From: Acidobacteriota bacterium
GTDB lineage: Bacteria > Acidobacteriota > Vicinamibacteria > Vicinamibacterales > UBA8438
Assembly (NCBI GenBank): GCA_009838525.1
Contig: VXRJ01000004.1
Coordinates: 36,190 to 100,189 of the forward strand
Direction: 5' to 3'
Length of the DNA stretch: 64,000 nucleotides
Made by a program: the position numbers and the translations under genes. The first letter of the stretch is position 1. Every line of letters begins with the position of its first letter. Of this stretch, positions 27,350-38,830 are shown one piece after another. The notes beneath the pieces were generated by a model. That model ran no database searches, was not told the DNA's origin, and worked only from the letters and a program-made list of their open reading frames with translations.

Positions 27350-28897
27350 GTGACGACGACCACCTCCCTGATCGAGCCCGACGACTCGTTCAACCGCTTG
27401 CTGACAGCGAACGTTCATCCCGCCGATTGGCGGAATCCGACCCCCGACGGACGGTACAACCTGGTCGTGGTGGGCGCCGGCACCGCCGGACTGATCTGCG
27501 CCTCGGTGGCGGCGGGCCTCGGTGCGAGGGTCGCGCTGGTCGAACGCCACCTGATGGGAGGCGACTGCCTCAACGTCGGCTGCGTCCCGTCGAAGGGAAT
27601 GATCCGCGCAGCGCGGGTGTGGGCGTCCGCACGCGACGCGGCCGTCTTCGGACTCACATTTCCGGGCGGCGTCGAACGGGACTTCGGCGTGGCCATGGAA
27701 CGCATGCGCCGGCTGCGGTCGACAATCAGTGCCGTCGATTCCGCCGAGCGCTACCGCGGACTGGGCGTCGACGTTTATCTGGGGGACGGACAGTTCACCG
27801 GGCCGGACGCGCTGCAGGTAGGCGACGCGACGTTGCACTTTGCCCGCGCTGCCATCTGCACCGGCGGGCGCGCCACGGCGCCGCCGATCCCGGGCCTCGC
27901 CGAGGCCGGCTATCTGACCAACGAGACCATTTTCTCGCTGACCGAGCTGCCGCCGCGTCTGGCGGTGATCGGCGCCGGTCCGATCGGCTGCGAGATGGCG
28001 CAGGCCTTCGCCCGCTTCGGCAGCGACGTGACGGCGTTCGAGCAGGCCGGACACATCCTTCCGCGCGAAGACCCGGACGCCGCCGAAGTGGTGCAGGACC
28101 GCATGACGCGAGACGGCGTCCGCTTCCTCTTCAACACGACCGTCGAGTCGGTCGAGCCCGGCCCGGCGGGCGGTAGGGGCGAGAAGCGCATTCGTTACAC
28201 CGAGGGCGGCGAGACCCGTGACGTCACGGTAGACGCCATCCTCGTCAGCGTCGGGCGCGCGCCAAACGTGGAGAACCTCGGTCTCGAGGCGGCCGGCGTC
28301 GCGTTCGATCGGACCGGCGTCACGGTGGACCGCTACCTGCACACGACGAACCCGCGCATCTATGCCGCAGGCGACATCTGCTTTCCCTTCAAGTTCACCC
28401 ACACCGCGGACGCGATGGCGCAGATCGTCATCCAGAACGCGCTGTTCCCGCATCCGTTCGGACTGGGACGCCGGACGACCGACAGCCTGATCATCCCCTG
28501 GTGCACGTACACCGAGCCGGAGATCGCCCACGTCGGGATGTACGAGACGGACGCGAATGCGAAGGACATCGCGGTCGAGACGTTCACCCAGCCGCTCGCC
28601 GAGGTGGACCGGGCGATGCTCGACGGCGAGGATGCCGGCTTCGCCCGCGTCCTGGTCGAGCGCGGATCGGATCGGATCCTGGGCGCGACGATCGTCGCGG
28701 CCGACGCCGGCAACCTGATCAGCGAGGTGACCGTCGCGATGCAGGCCCGCGCCGGACTGTCGACGATCGGCGCCGCGATCCATCCCTACCCCACGCAGGC
28801 CGAGGCCTGGCGCAAGGTCGCCAACCAGCTTCGCCGGGCCCGCTTCAGCCCCCGCCAGAAAGCGTTCCTCACCCGCCTCTTCACCTGGAGTCGCTAG
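27350..28897 (+). CDS. class I pyridine nucleotide-disulfide oxidoreductase (dihydrolipoyl dehydrogenase/mercuric-reductase-like)
   Basis: GTG start, 515 aa. FAD site VVVGAGTAG and redox-active CLNVGCVPSK. No NmerA domain and no C-terminal Cys pair. Confidence 0.85.
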   Translation: MTTTTSLIEPDDSFNRLLTANVHPADWRNPTPDGRYNLVVVGAGTAGLICASVAAGLGARVALVERHLMGGDCLNVGCVPSKGMIRAARVWASARDAAVFGLTFPGGVERDFGVAMERMRRLRSTISAVDSAERYRGLGVDVYLGDGQFTGPDALQVGDATLHFARAAICTGGRATAPPIPGLAEAGYLTNETIFSLTELPPRLAVIGAGPIGCEMAQAFARFGSDVTAFEQAGHILPREDPDAAEVVQDRMTRDGVRFLFNTTVESVEPGPAGGRGEKRIRYTEGGETRDVTVDAILVSVGRAPNVENLGLEAAGVAFDRTGVTVDRYLHTTNPRIYAAGDICFPFKFTHTADAMAQIVIQNALFPHPFGLGRRTTDSLIIPWCTYTEPEIAHVGMYETDANAKDIAVETFTQPLAEVDRAMLDGEDAGFARVLVERGSDRILGATIVAADAGNLISEVTVAMQARAGLSTIGAAIHPYPTQAEAWRKVANQLRRARFSPRQKAFLTRLFTWSR

Positions 28898-28964
28898 CAG
28901 CCCGTCCCGGGCATGCCGCGAGCGGCATGGCGGAAGCCCCGGCGGGATTGCCGCAATCCGCGCG

Positions 28965-30080
28965 TCACGTCCGCGGCTGCGGGCGGGGAACCATCGGCGG
29001 GATCGGCGGGGTTCCGCGGCGCGTGCGCGGCCCGTTCAGGATGTTCCCGATCACCGTATAGCGAACGCCCGCCTGGTAGACCAGCAGCAAGCTGGCGACG
29101 ACCACGGTGCAGATCAGGACGAACTTCAGGTGCGGGCCCATCGCCAGGGGCGCGAGTACCTGCTGGAGGGCGACTACGAGCGGGAGGTGGGCCAGATACA
29201 GCCAGTAGGAAGAGTCCGACAGGTAGCGCACCCAGAAGCGTTCCCCCGACGCGATCCAGCGGAACAACCCCATCGATCCGAAGCACATCAGCCAGGCGTA
29301 GACGAGCTGCGCCGCCGCAGCAGCGCCCCATTGCCAGGGGGCATAAGACTCCCGGATGGGGTTTTCCATCAGGAGCATGCCGACCGGAAACGCCAGCAAG
29401 AGGGCCGGCATGAGTGCGACGGCCCACCACCGCCGCACCTGCATCCCGCGCTGGAAGAAGAACACCCCGAACGCGAAGAACACGGCGTAGTAACCGATCA
29501 CGCGCGCCGCCGGGATCACGCCGTCCGCCGTGTCCGTCCCGAACACGACCTCGTGCATGAAGTACTGCGGCGCGAAGGCCAGCGGGATCAGGAGCCACCA
29601 CAGGGAATGGCGGAACCGCAGGCCCAGCTTCGCGACGACGACGAGCGCTCCCGCCAGGAGCAGGATGTGCCAGAGGAACCAGAGATGGGCCAGGCCGCCC
29701 AGCCACGCGAAGGGCCAGGCCGCCAGCGAGAACTCGCTGCCGAAGGACGCCCAAGCCACCAGCGGGACTATCGTGAACATGCCTGCGAGCAGCGGCAGGC
29801 CGATGCGCTTGAGGCGGTGGCGCAGCAGCCGATCCAGCCCCCGGGCCTGCCACAGCATCGCCGTGAAGAAGCCGCTGATCAGAAAGAACAGCGGCATCCG
29901 GAAGCCGTGAATGGCCGAGGCCAGCCACGCGTAGACATTGGCTACGAGCGGCGTGTCGTTGGCGTACGCCTCGTGCACCGGCCAGAAGTCGATAGGTATG
30001 AGGAAGGCGGCGGCGTGCAGCACGATGCCCAGCAGCATGGCGACACTGCGTAGCGCGTCCAGATCATGAAACCGGGTCAT
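28965..30080 (-). CDS. acyltransferase 3 family membrane protein
   Basis: ATG 30080 preceded by GGGAGG-N7. MTRFHDLDALRSVAMLLGIVLH is typical of acyltransferase_3, with about 10 TM helices. The upstream part of ORF 28965..30500 was rejected. Confidence 0.82.
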   Translation of the reverse strand: MTRFHDLDALRSVAMLLGIVLHAAAFLIPIDFWPVHEAYANDTPLVANVYAWLASAIHGFRMPLFFLISGFFTAMLWQARGLDRLLRHRLKRIGLPLLAGMFTIVPLVAWASFGSEFSLAAWPFAWLGGLAHLWFLWHILLLAGALVVVAKLGLRFRHSLWWLLIPLAFAPQYFMHEVVFGTDTADGVIPAARVIGYYAVFFAFGVFFFQRGMQVRRWWAVALMPALLLAFPVGMLLMENPIRESYAPWQWGAAAAAQLVYAWLMCFGSMGLFRWIASGERFWVRYLSDSSYWLYLAHLPLVVALQQVLAPLAMGPHLKFVLICTVVVASLLLVYQAGVRYTVIGNILNGPRTRRGTPPIPPMVPRPQPRT

Positions 30081-30329
30081 GGCGTACCCTCCCGTTTCCG
30101 GAACCGCAGCTCCGCAGTCCATCCGTGCTCGGCAACCGTGCGGATCAGTTATCACGGCGGGTTGTGAGACGGCAACGCATGGCAAGCGAAAACTGCTGGT
30201 CGCAGGAGCTTCGTGGGGGTAGGATTCACACAACGAGCAACCCACCCATGCACGGTTGACCGCTGCGTAGAACCAACGCACGGACGTTCGGCACGACGTT
30301 CGCCCGTAGCGTCGCGAGAGGAGGAAGCG

Positions 30330-31553
30330 ATGCCACGCAACCGCGAGCGGGGGATCTCCCGCCGCCAGCTCATCACGACGGCCGCCACGGCGCTGGCCGT
30401 CACCACCCTCCCTTCCACCCGGAACGCTCTCGCCCAGTCCGCCGACACCACCAAAGCCCCAGGCGTTCCTCCCAGTGCCCTCGGCGAACGCTCGCCGCAC
30501 GCGCCGCTTTCCCGCGGCGCCCTGACCGGCGGCTCATCCCGGACGCCACTACAGGACCTGCACGGCATGATCACGCCGTCCGACGTCCACTTCGAACGTC
30601 ACCACGCCGGCGTGCCGTCGGTCGACCCGAACGACTACCAGTTGCTGATTCACGGCCTGGTCGACCGCCCGATGATCTTCACGCTCGACGAACTGAAACG
30701 CTTCCCCGCCACGTCGCGCATCTGCTTCCTCGAGTGCTCCGGCAATTACCCGCAGGCGGCCGGACCCGAGACGAAACCGGAAAACGTCGCCGGCATGACG
30801 GCGACGACCGAGTGGACCGGCGTCACGCTCGCGACCCTCTTCCGCGAGGTGGGAGCGAGCCCCGATGCCACCTGGTTCCTCGCCGAGGGTCAGGACGCCG
30901 CCGTCATGACGCGGAGCGTCCCCATGGAAAAGGCATGGGACGACGCGATGGTCGCCTACGCCCAGAACGGCGAGCCGCTCCGCCCGTCGCAGGGCTATCC
31001 GGCGCGGCTGCTGCTGCCCGGTTGGGAAGGGAACTCGAACGTCAAGTGGCTACGCCGGCTGGAGCTGGCCGACCAGCCGTTCATGACGCGTGAGGAGACC
31101 TCCAAGTACACCGACCCGATGGTCGACGGTACGGCGCGGCAATTCAGCTTCGTCTTCGACGCGCGCTCGCTGATCACGTCGCCGGCGTACCCCGAGGTCG
31201 TGGAGCCGGGCTGGATCGAAATCCGGGGCATCGCCTGGTCGGGCCGCGGCGCCATCGCACAGGTGGACATCAGCACGGACGGCGGCGGCACCTGGGAGCC
31301 GGCGCGCCTGCAGGAGCCGGTCCTCCGCCAGGCGCACGTCCGTTTCCGTCACGTCTGGCAGTGGGACGGCAGCGAAACCGCGATCATGAGCCGCGCGACC
31401 GACGACACCGGCTACGTCCAGCCGACGCGCGCGCAACTCCGGGAGCAGCGAGGCCGCCGGGCCCGGCGCTACCACCTCAACCCGATAACCGCCTGGCGCA
31501 TCCAGCCCGACGGACACGTCTTCTACCGCGAGGAGGAACCGTGGGACGCGTGA
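30330..31553 (+). CDS. sorA: sulfite dehydrogenase/oxidase molybdopterin subunit (SorA-like), Tat-exported
   Basis: ATG 30330 after GAGAGGAGGA. Twin-arginine signal SRRQLITTAA. Moco-binding Cys block FLECSGN. SUOX-family dimerisation domain. Confidence 0.85.
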   Translation: MPRNRERGISRRQLITTAATALAVTTLPSTRNALAQSADTTKAPGVPPSALGERSPHAPLSRGALTGGSSRTPLQDLHGMITPSDVHFERHHAGVPSVDPNDYQLLIHGLVDRPMIFTLDELKRFPATSRICFLECSGNYPQAAGPETKPENVAGMTATTEWTGVTLATLFREVGASPDATWFLAEGQDAAVMTRSVPMEKAWDDAMVAYAQNGEPLRPSQGYPARLLLPGWEGNSNVKWLRRLELADQPFMTREETSKYTDPMVDGTARQFSFVFDARSLITSPAYPEVVEPGWIEIRGIAWSGRGAIAQVDISTDGGGTWEPARLQEPVLRQAHVRFRHVWQWDGSETAIMSRATDDTGYVQPTRAQLREQRGRRARRYHLNPITAWRIQPDGHVFYREEEPWDA

Positions 31554-32260
31554 GACCTGGCACACTGGCTGGTGCGCCGGCCTCCAGGCCGGCTCTCACC
31601 CCGCGCCCGCCGCGAGGACGTTTCCGCCTCCCACTGCTCGCCCTGGCGATCCTCGCGGCCGGTTGCGCGGCCACGGAAGGCGAGCCTCCCGCCGCCGATG
31701 CGCCGGCGATGACCGATGCCGCGCCCGCGAACACCGGCGCCGGCACGGACGCGCCGGCCGGCCATCCCGATCGCTTCGGCTTCGGCCGCGAGGCGACGCA
31801 CGAGGAGATCGCCGCCTGGGACATCGACGTCATGCCTGACGGCACCGGCCTCCCGGAGGGCGAAGGGACCCACGCCGACGGCACGCCGCTCTACCTTCGC
31901 CACTGCGCCAGTTGCCACGGCCGGACCGGCGAGGGCGGCAGCGCCGAACCGCTCGTCGGCTACGAACCGGAGACCGCGCCTCCCTTCGGGCCGCGCTACG
32001 AGGAATGGCGCGGCGACGGCGCGGACGTCCCGTTCACGGTGGGGAACTATTGGCCCTACGCCACGACGCTCTTCGACTACATCCGGAGAGCGATGCCGTC
32101 GAACGCTCCGGGCACGCTCTCGAGCGACGAGGTCTACGCGCTGACCGCCTGGCTTCTGGCCGAGAACGGCATCATCGGGGAGGACGCGGCCATGAACGCC
32201 ACCACCCTGCCTCAGGTGGCGATGCCCGCGCGGGACGTCTTCGTACCGCAGGAACGGTAG
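31541..32260 (+). CDS. sorB: monohaem cytochrome c subunit (SorB-like), lipoprotein
   Basis: GTG at 31541 or 31550 (GTGA overlap with the sorA stop), after AGGAGGA. Lipobox LAAGC and haem motif CASCH. The hairpin repeat lies within the predicted N-terminal signal region. Confidence 0.75.
   Translation: MGRVRPGTLAGAPASRPALTPRPPRGRFRLPLLALAILAAGCAATEGEPPAADAPAMTDAAPANTGAGTDAPAGHPDRFGFGREATHEEIAAWDIDVMPDGTGLPEGEGTHADGTPLYLRHCASCHGRTGEGGSAEPLVGYEPETAPPFGPRYEEWRGDGADVPFTVGNYWPYATTLFDYIRRAMPSNAPGTLSSDEVYALTAWLLAENGIIGEDAAMNATTLPQVAMPARDVFVPQER
31571..31593 (-). repeat. REP/RPE-like hairpin repeat (reverse orientation) at the sorA-sorB junction
   Basis: GGTGCGCCGGCCTCCAGGCCGGC. In the sorB frame it reads GAPASRPA. 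Confidence 0.8.
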
Positions 32261-32335
32261 CGACGGTTCGCAGAGAGCACCGCACCAGCCATACGACAAC
32301 GGCGATGGGGTTCAGCGCGCTAAAATACTGAATAT

Positions 32336-32357
32336 TCGGAGATGAACTCCGAGTTTT
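32336..32357 (+). terminator. candidate intrinsic terminator of sorAB within an AT-rich palindromic spacer
   Basis: TCGGAG-ATGAA-CTCCGA followed by GTTTT. It sits inside a longer imperfect palindrome (32329-32360) in the only AT-rich stretch of this region. Confidence 0.35.
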
Positions 32358-32373
32358 CAAGTATTCTATTGGT

Positions 32374-33548
32374 GTGCCGGATGACCTCATCGTGCGTTCC
32401 GGTTACCTGGAACGACTTGCCACCGCGGCCCGCCGAGCGCCGATCACTTCGTTGCTGGGACCGCGGCAGTGCGGCAAGACGACACTTGCCCGTCAGTTCG
32501 CGGCAGCGCGAAGCGCCACTTTCTTCGATCTGGAATCCGAGCAGGACGTTCGACGCCTCACCAATCCCGAGCTGGTCCTCGGGGTGCTCGACGGCCTGGT
32601 CGTGATCGACGAAGTCCAGCGCATGCCGCAGCTCTTCAACGTGCTGCGCGTGCTTGTGGACCGCCCCGGCACAAGATCGCGCTTCCTGATCCTGGGTAGC
32701 GCGTCACCCGGCATCGTGCAGGGCGTTTCCGAGTCTCTCGCGGGTCGGGTCGAGTTCATCGACATGGCCGGCTTCGACCTCCGAGAGGCCGGTGCCGACG
32801 CCTGGCGAACGCTCTGGCTGCGCGGCGGACTTCCCAGGTCGTATCTCGCACCGTCCGGCGACGACAGCCATTCCTGGCGCCGGGCCTACATACGCACGTT
32901 CCTGGAACGCGACATCCCGCAACTGGGCATCACCATTCCGGCAGCGGCCCTGGAGCGGTTCTGGACCATGCTGGCGCACTGGCACGGCCAGACGTGGAAC
33001 GCTTCCAGCCTGGGACGTTCGATGAGTGCTTCCGACAAGACGGTCCGCGGTTATTTGGATCTGCTGACCGGTGCCTTCATGGTCCGCCAGCTCCAGCCTT
33101 GGTACCAGAACGTCGCCAAGCGCCAGGTCAAGGCGCCCAAGGTCTATCTGCGTGACACCGGTATTCTGCACGCGTTGCTGGGCATTCGAGACGAGAGTGG
33201 CCTCTTCAGTCATCCGCGCCTCGGACCGTCCTGGGAGGGCTTCGTAGTCGAACAGATTCTGTCTACGCTGGACGCCGATCAAGCGTGGTTCTGGGCGGCG
33301 CATGGTGGTGGCGAACTTGATCTGCTGGTAGTGCACGACGGCCGCCGAATCGGATTCGAAGTGAAGTTCAACGAGGCGCCCAAGGTCAGCGCCCAGTTGC
33401 GTAGCGTTGCCGACATCCTCGGACTCGATCACCTGTTCGTTGTCTGTCCAACGAACGACAGCTACCCGGTGGACCGAGATCTCACGATCCTGGCCGCCGC
33501 GGACGTGCCCACCCTTCCCGATCGCGTCGCGAGACTCTCGGGGAGTGC

Positions 33549-33552
<4 letters not shown>
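32374..33552 (+). CDS. AAA-family ATPase with DUF4143-like C-terminal domain
   Basis: GTG start, 392 aa. Walker A GPRQCGKTT and Walker B-like LVVIDEVQ. The architecture is typical of the AAA_14/DUF4143 family. Confidence 0.82.
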
Positions 33553-35285
<1,733 letters not shown>

Positions 35286-35350
35286 TCCTGCGCGTTTGCG
35301 GAAGTTCGACGTAATGCTACCGCAACGCCAGCGGGAGCCCGATGGCCAGC

Positions 35351-37261
35351 CTACGGTGAACCAGCCGCAACCTGCCTGCGAACGGCGGCGGCGATGCGGT
35401 TGGCGGAGATCCCGTAGCGATCGAGGAGGGCGGCGGCAGGCCCGCTTCGGGGCACTTCGCGGACGGCCAGGCGTTCGACGGCGATGCCGTGAGGAGCCAC
35501 GGCTTCGCTGACGGCGTCGCCCAGGCCACCCGCGGCGTAGTGGTCCTCGACGGTGATGAGGCGGTTGCCGGTCTGCCGCGCGGCGGCGCGCAGCGTGGCG
35601 TGATCGATGGGCTGAACCGAGTAGGCGTCGATGACGCGCAGCGCGATCCCCTCCGCGGCGAGCTGCTCGTGCGCCTTGAGCGCCTCGAACAACGTGATGC
35701 CAACGGCGACCACGGTCGCAGCGTCGTTCGGCGACTCGCGCACCACCTTGGAGCCGCCGATCGGGAACGCCTCGTCCGGGCCGTAGATCACGGGCGTCGC
35801 CGGCCGCGTAGTCCGGATGTACGCCATCCCCTCGTAGCCCGCCGCCGCCTCGACGAGGCGCGCGGCACTCACCCCGTCGCACGGATACAACACGGCGCAG
35901 CCCGGCACCGCGCGCATCATCGCGAGGTCTTCCAGCGCCATCTGCGACGGGCCGTCCTCGCCGATGGACACCCCGGCGTGGGATCCCGCGAACGTGATGT
36001 TCATCCCGCCGATGCCCGCCATCCGGACGAAGTCGGCGGCGCGCGTCAGGAACGCGGCGAACGTCGACGGAAACGGGATGGCGCCGCGGCTCGCGAAGCC
36101 CATCGCCATGCCGGCCATCACCTGCTCCGCGATGTACGTCTCGTAGAAACGGTCGGCGTGCGCCGCCTCGAAGTCTTGGCTGAAGGTGGAATTGCTGACG
36201 TCGGCGTCGAGGGCTACAACCCGCGGATCGGCGGTGCCGAGCGCGGCCAGGGCAACGCCGTACGCGGCGCGCGTCGCCACCTTGTCGCCCAGCGCGTAGG
36301 AAGGAGGGGCCGGCAGCCGCGGCGGGCCATCCGGCGGCGCGGCCGAAGCGGAGGCCGCGCGGGTGGGCGGCGGCGGGATCACGGGGGCCGCTGCTCCCGC
36401 AATGCGCTGCCTCTCGAGTTCCGCGAGCGCGGCGTCGAGCGGCTCCCCCGGCGGAATCGGCTTGCCGTGCCAGCCGTCCTTGCCCTCGATGAGGACGACG
36501 CCCTTCCCTTTCAACGTGCGCGCCAGGATCATCGTCGGCCGGCCGCGAGTGCCCGCCGCTTCATCGAGCGCGTCGACGATCTGGGGCATGTCGTGGCCAT
36601 CGATGACGATCGCGCGCCAGCCGAACGCCTCCCACCGCGCCCGGTAGGCCTCCATGTCGTGGCCCCACTGCGTCGCGCGGCTCTGGCCGTAGCCGTTGAC
36701 GTCGGTGATGGCACAGAGGTTGTCGAGCCCGTAGCGTTGCGCCACCTGCGCCGCCTCCCAGACCGATCCCTCCGCCGACTCGCCGTCGCCGATCAGCGCG
36801 TAGGTGCGGTAGTCCGAACCGATCCGCCGCGCGTTCAGGGCGATGCCGATCGCGGCGCAGATCCCTTGGCCGAGCGAGCCGGTCGCGACGTCGACGAACG
36901 GCAGCCGCGGCGTCGGGTGGCCTTCCAGGTCGGAATCGATGGCCCGCAGATTGAGCAGTTCGTCCGTCGCCACGTAACCCGCTTCCGCCCAGGCGGCATA
37001 GAGGAGCGGGGCCGCGTGGCCCTTCGACAGGACGAAGCGATCGTTGTCCTCGTGTTGCGGATTGCGCGGATCGAAGCGCAGCCGGGCGAAGAAGAGCGCG
37101 GCGACGACGTCCGCGGCGGAGCAGCAGCTTGAGGGGTGCCCGCTGCCCGCCCGGCTCGTGGCGCGAATGGACGCGATGCGGAGCCGGAGGGCGACCTGTT
37201 CGAGTGCGGTGATCGTGGGCGAGTCGGACGGCACGGCTCTTTCGGCGCGAAAGTCTAGCAC
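35351..37261 (-). CDS. tkt: transketolase
   Basis: 636 aa. GSGHPSS and SKGHAAP ThDP-binding blocks, with pyrimidine-binding and C-terminal domains fused. The GTG start overlaps the upstream gene's stop by 7 nt. Confidence 0.9.
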   Translation of the reverse strand: MLDFRAERAVPSDSPTITALEQVALRLRIASIRATSRAGSGHPSSCCSAADVVAALFFARLRFDPRNPQHEDNDRFVLSKGHAAPLLYAAWAEAGYVATDELLNLRAIDSDLEGHPTPRLPFVDVATGSLGQGICAAIGIALNARRIGSDYRTYALIGDGESAEGSVWEAAQVAQRYGLDNLCAITDVNGYGQSRATQWGHDMEAYRARWEAFGWRAIVIDGHDMPQIVDALDEAAGTRGRPTMILARTLKGKGVVLIEGKDGWHGKPIPPGEPLDAALAELERQRIAGAAAPVIPPPPTRAASASAAPPDGPPRLPAPPSYALGDKVATRAAYGVALAALGTADPRVVALDADVSNSTFSQDFEAAHADRFYETYIAEQVMAGMAMGFASRGAIPFPSTFAAFLTRAADFVRMAGIGGMNITFAGSHAGVSIGEDGPSQMALEDLAMMRAVPGCAVLYPCDGVSAARLVEAAAGYEGMAYIRTTRPATPVIYGPDEAFPIGGSKVVRESPNDAATVVAVGITLFEALKAHEQLAAEGIALRVIDAYSVQPIDHATLRAAARQTGNRLITVEDHYAAGGLGDAVSEAVAPHGIAVERLAVREVPRSGPAAALLDRYGISANRIAAAVRRQVAAGSP

Positions 37262-38757
37262 GCGGGATCCGGATCGCGCGCGGTCGCCAGATCCTGCAGG
37301 GTGAGGGCGTATGCGGCGGCGGCGGGACCGTGCGACCGGGCCGCGGCGGCCTGCCCGGCGAGCGCCGAGACGGCTCGGTCACGAAACTGCGGTTGCCCGG
37401 TCAGGCGGGCAAGGCGGAGCAGGACGCGGGCGGCGTCGCAGTTGAGGGCGAAAGGGTACGCCACTACGCGGAGCAAGCCGATATCGCCATCGGCGTGGAC
37501 GCGGTCGCGGAAGCCGCCGGCCGTGTCGTCCCAGAGGTGGTGCAGGCAGAAGTGCATCAGTTCCTGCGCCATGTCGAGATAGACGTCGCGATCCGTCACC
37601 GCGAACAGATCGAGGAGGGCGGCGCTGGCCGCCACCTGATCGCCGAGCAACCCGCGAACGACGGCGGTTCCCTCCTCCCCCTCCCCGGCCCGGTGGGCAA
37701 TGCCGCCGCCGCGTTCATAGGTGCCCGCGACCACGTGCTCCAGAGCGTCAACCGCATCCGCCAGTAGCGTCTCGTCGCCCAGCACGGCGGCGGCCCGAAC
37801 CCAAGCCCGGACCATCAGGGCGGTGCAATCCGCGTATATCGCGCGATCCACCGGCGGCGGCGAAACCGTCTCTCCCGCGTAGTAGTCGGGATCCGCCCGC
37901 TGGCTCGCGAAGAAGACCGCACGACCCTGCGGACGGCCGAGCAGCGTTCGGTGAACGTAGCGGGCCAGGTGCGCGGCGCGGTCGCGGTAGTCGTCGCCGT
38001 CGCGCTCCAGCAGCAGGCGCAATACCGCCGCATTGACGCTGAGCAGTTTCTCCGTCGCGGGCTGTGTCCAGTCGGATCGTGCGCAGTAGCGGAAGACGCC
38101 GCCGTTGGCCTGGTCGTACAACCCGCCCCACCCGATGGCGCGCAGCGTGCGATCCACGACCTCCGCGAACCGCTCGTCGCCGGAGGCGGCGCGGCGCGCC
38201 GCATACTCGAGCGCCGCCGCGTACACGCGCTTCGGCGCCGCCCCGAAACCTCCGTGCTTGGCGTCGAACTGTTCGAGCAGGTGGGAGGCCACCCAACCGT
38301 CTATGGTCTGGTCGGGCGCGGCCGCCGCCACCGGCGCATCCGGCGCCGGTGCGCGCCGTCCGGCGATCGCGCCGCGCTGTGCGGCGAAAGCATCAGCCAC
38401 CTGCGGCAGGAGGCCGCGCATCCGTTCGGGCGGGACGTACGTCTCGCCACCCAGCAGATCGCCCTCCGGGCTGAGGAAGGCGGTGGTCGGCCAGCCGCTG
38501 AGGCCGTAGCGGTCGGCAATGTCGGGGCGGGCGTCGGCGTCGACGCGGATCGGGATGAAGCGATCGGCGATGAGTCCGGCGACCGCGGGATCGGCGTACG
38601 TGTCCGACGCCATCGCGGCGGTGGCGCGGCACCAAGAGGGCCCGAGCGACAGCAGGACCGGCGCACCGGCAGCGCGCGCGTCGGCGAAGGCGGAGGCGCA
38701 CCACGGACGCCACCCGACGGGGCGAGCCGCGGGACCGTCCGGCAGGGGGCGTGTCAC
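37255..38757 (-). CDS. thioredoxin-domain protein (DUF255/YyaL-like) with six-hairpin glycosidase-like C-terminal domain
   Basis: 500 aa. PVLLSLGPSWCRATAAMASDTYADPAVAGLIADRFIPIRVD resembles the DUF255 N-terminus, but the CxxC motif is degenerate (CRAT). Confidence 0.78.
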   Translation of the reverse strand: MTRPLPDGPAARPVGWRPWCASAFADARAAGAPVLLSLGPSWCRATAAMASDTYADPAVAGLIADRFIPIRVDADARPDIADRYGLSGWPTTAFLSPEGDLLGGETYVPPERMRGLLPQVADAFAAQRGAIAGRRAPAPDAPVAAAAPDQTIDGWVASHLLEQFDAKHGGFGAAPKRVYAAALEYAARRAASGDERFAEVVDRTLRAIGWGGLYDQANGGVFRYCARSDWTQPATEKLLSVNAAVLRLLLERDGDDYRDRAAHLARYVHRTLLGRPQGRAVFFASQRADPDYYAGETVSPPPVDRAIYADCTALMVRAWVRAAAVLGDETLLADAVDALEHVVAGTYERGGGIAHRAGEGEEGTAVVRGLLGDQVAASAALLDLFAVTDRDVYLDMAQELMHFCLHHLWDDTAGGFRDRVHADGDIGLLRVVAYPFALNCDAARVLLRLARLTGQPQFRDRAVSALAGQAAAARSHGPAAAAYALTLQDLATARDPDPAC

Positions 38758-38830
38758 GGCGACAGCCTGGGTCTAGCAGCCCGTTGTGAAACGCCGAGTG
38801 ACACCGAAAGCGGCGCGGCGGCCGGCAGAC

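Noticed and set aside
27350-28897. Calling this gene mercuric reductase (merA).
   Set aside because: It has only the generic class I FAD/NAD disulfide-reductase core. There is no N-terminal HMA domain, no C-terminal Cys-Cys pair and no mer operon neighbours.
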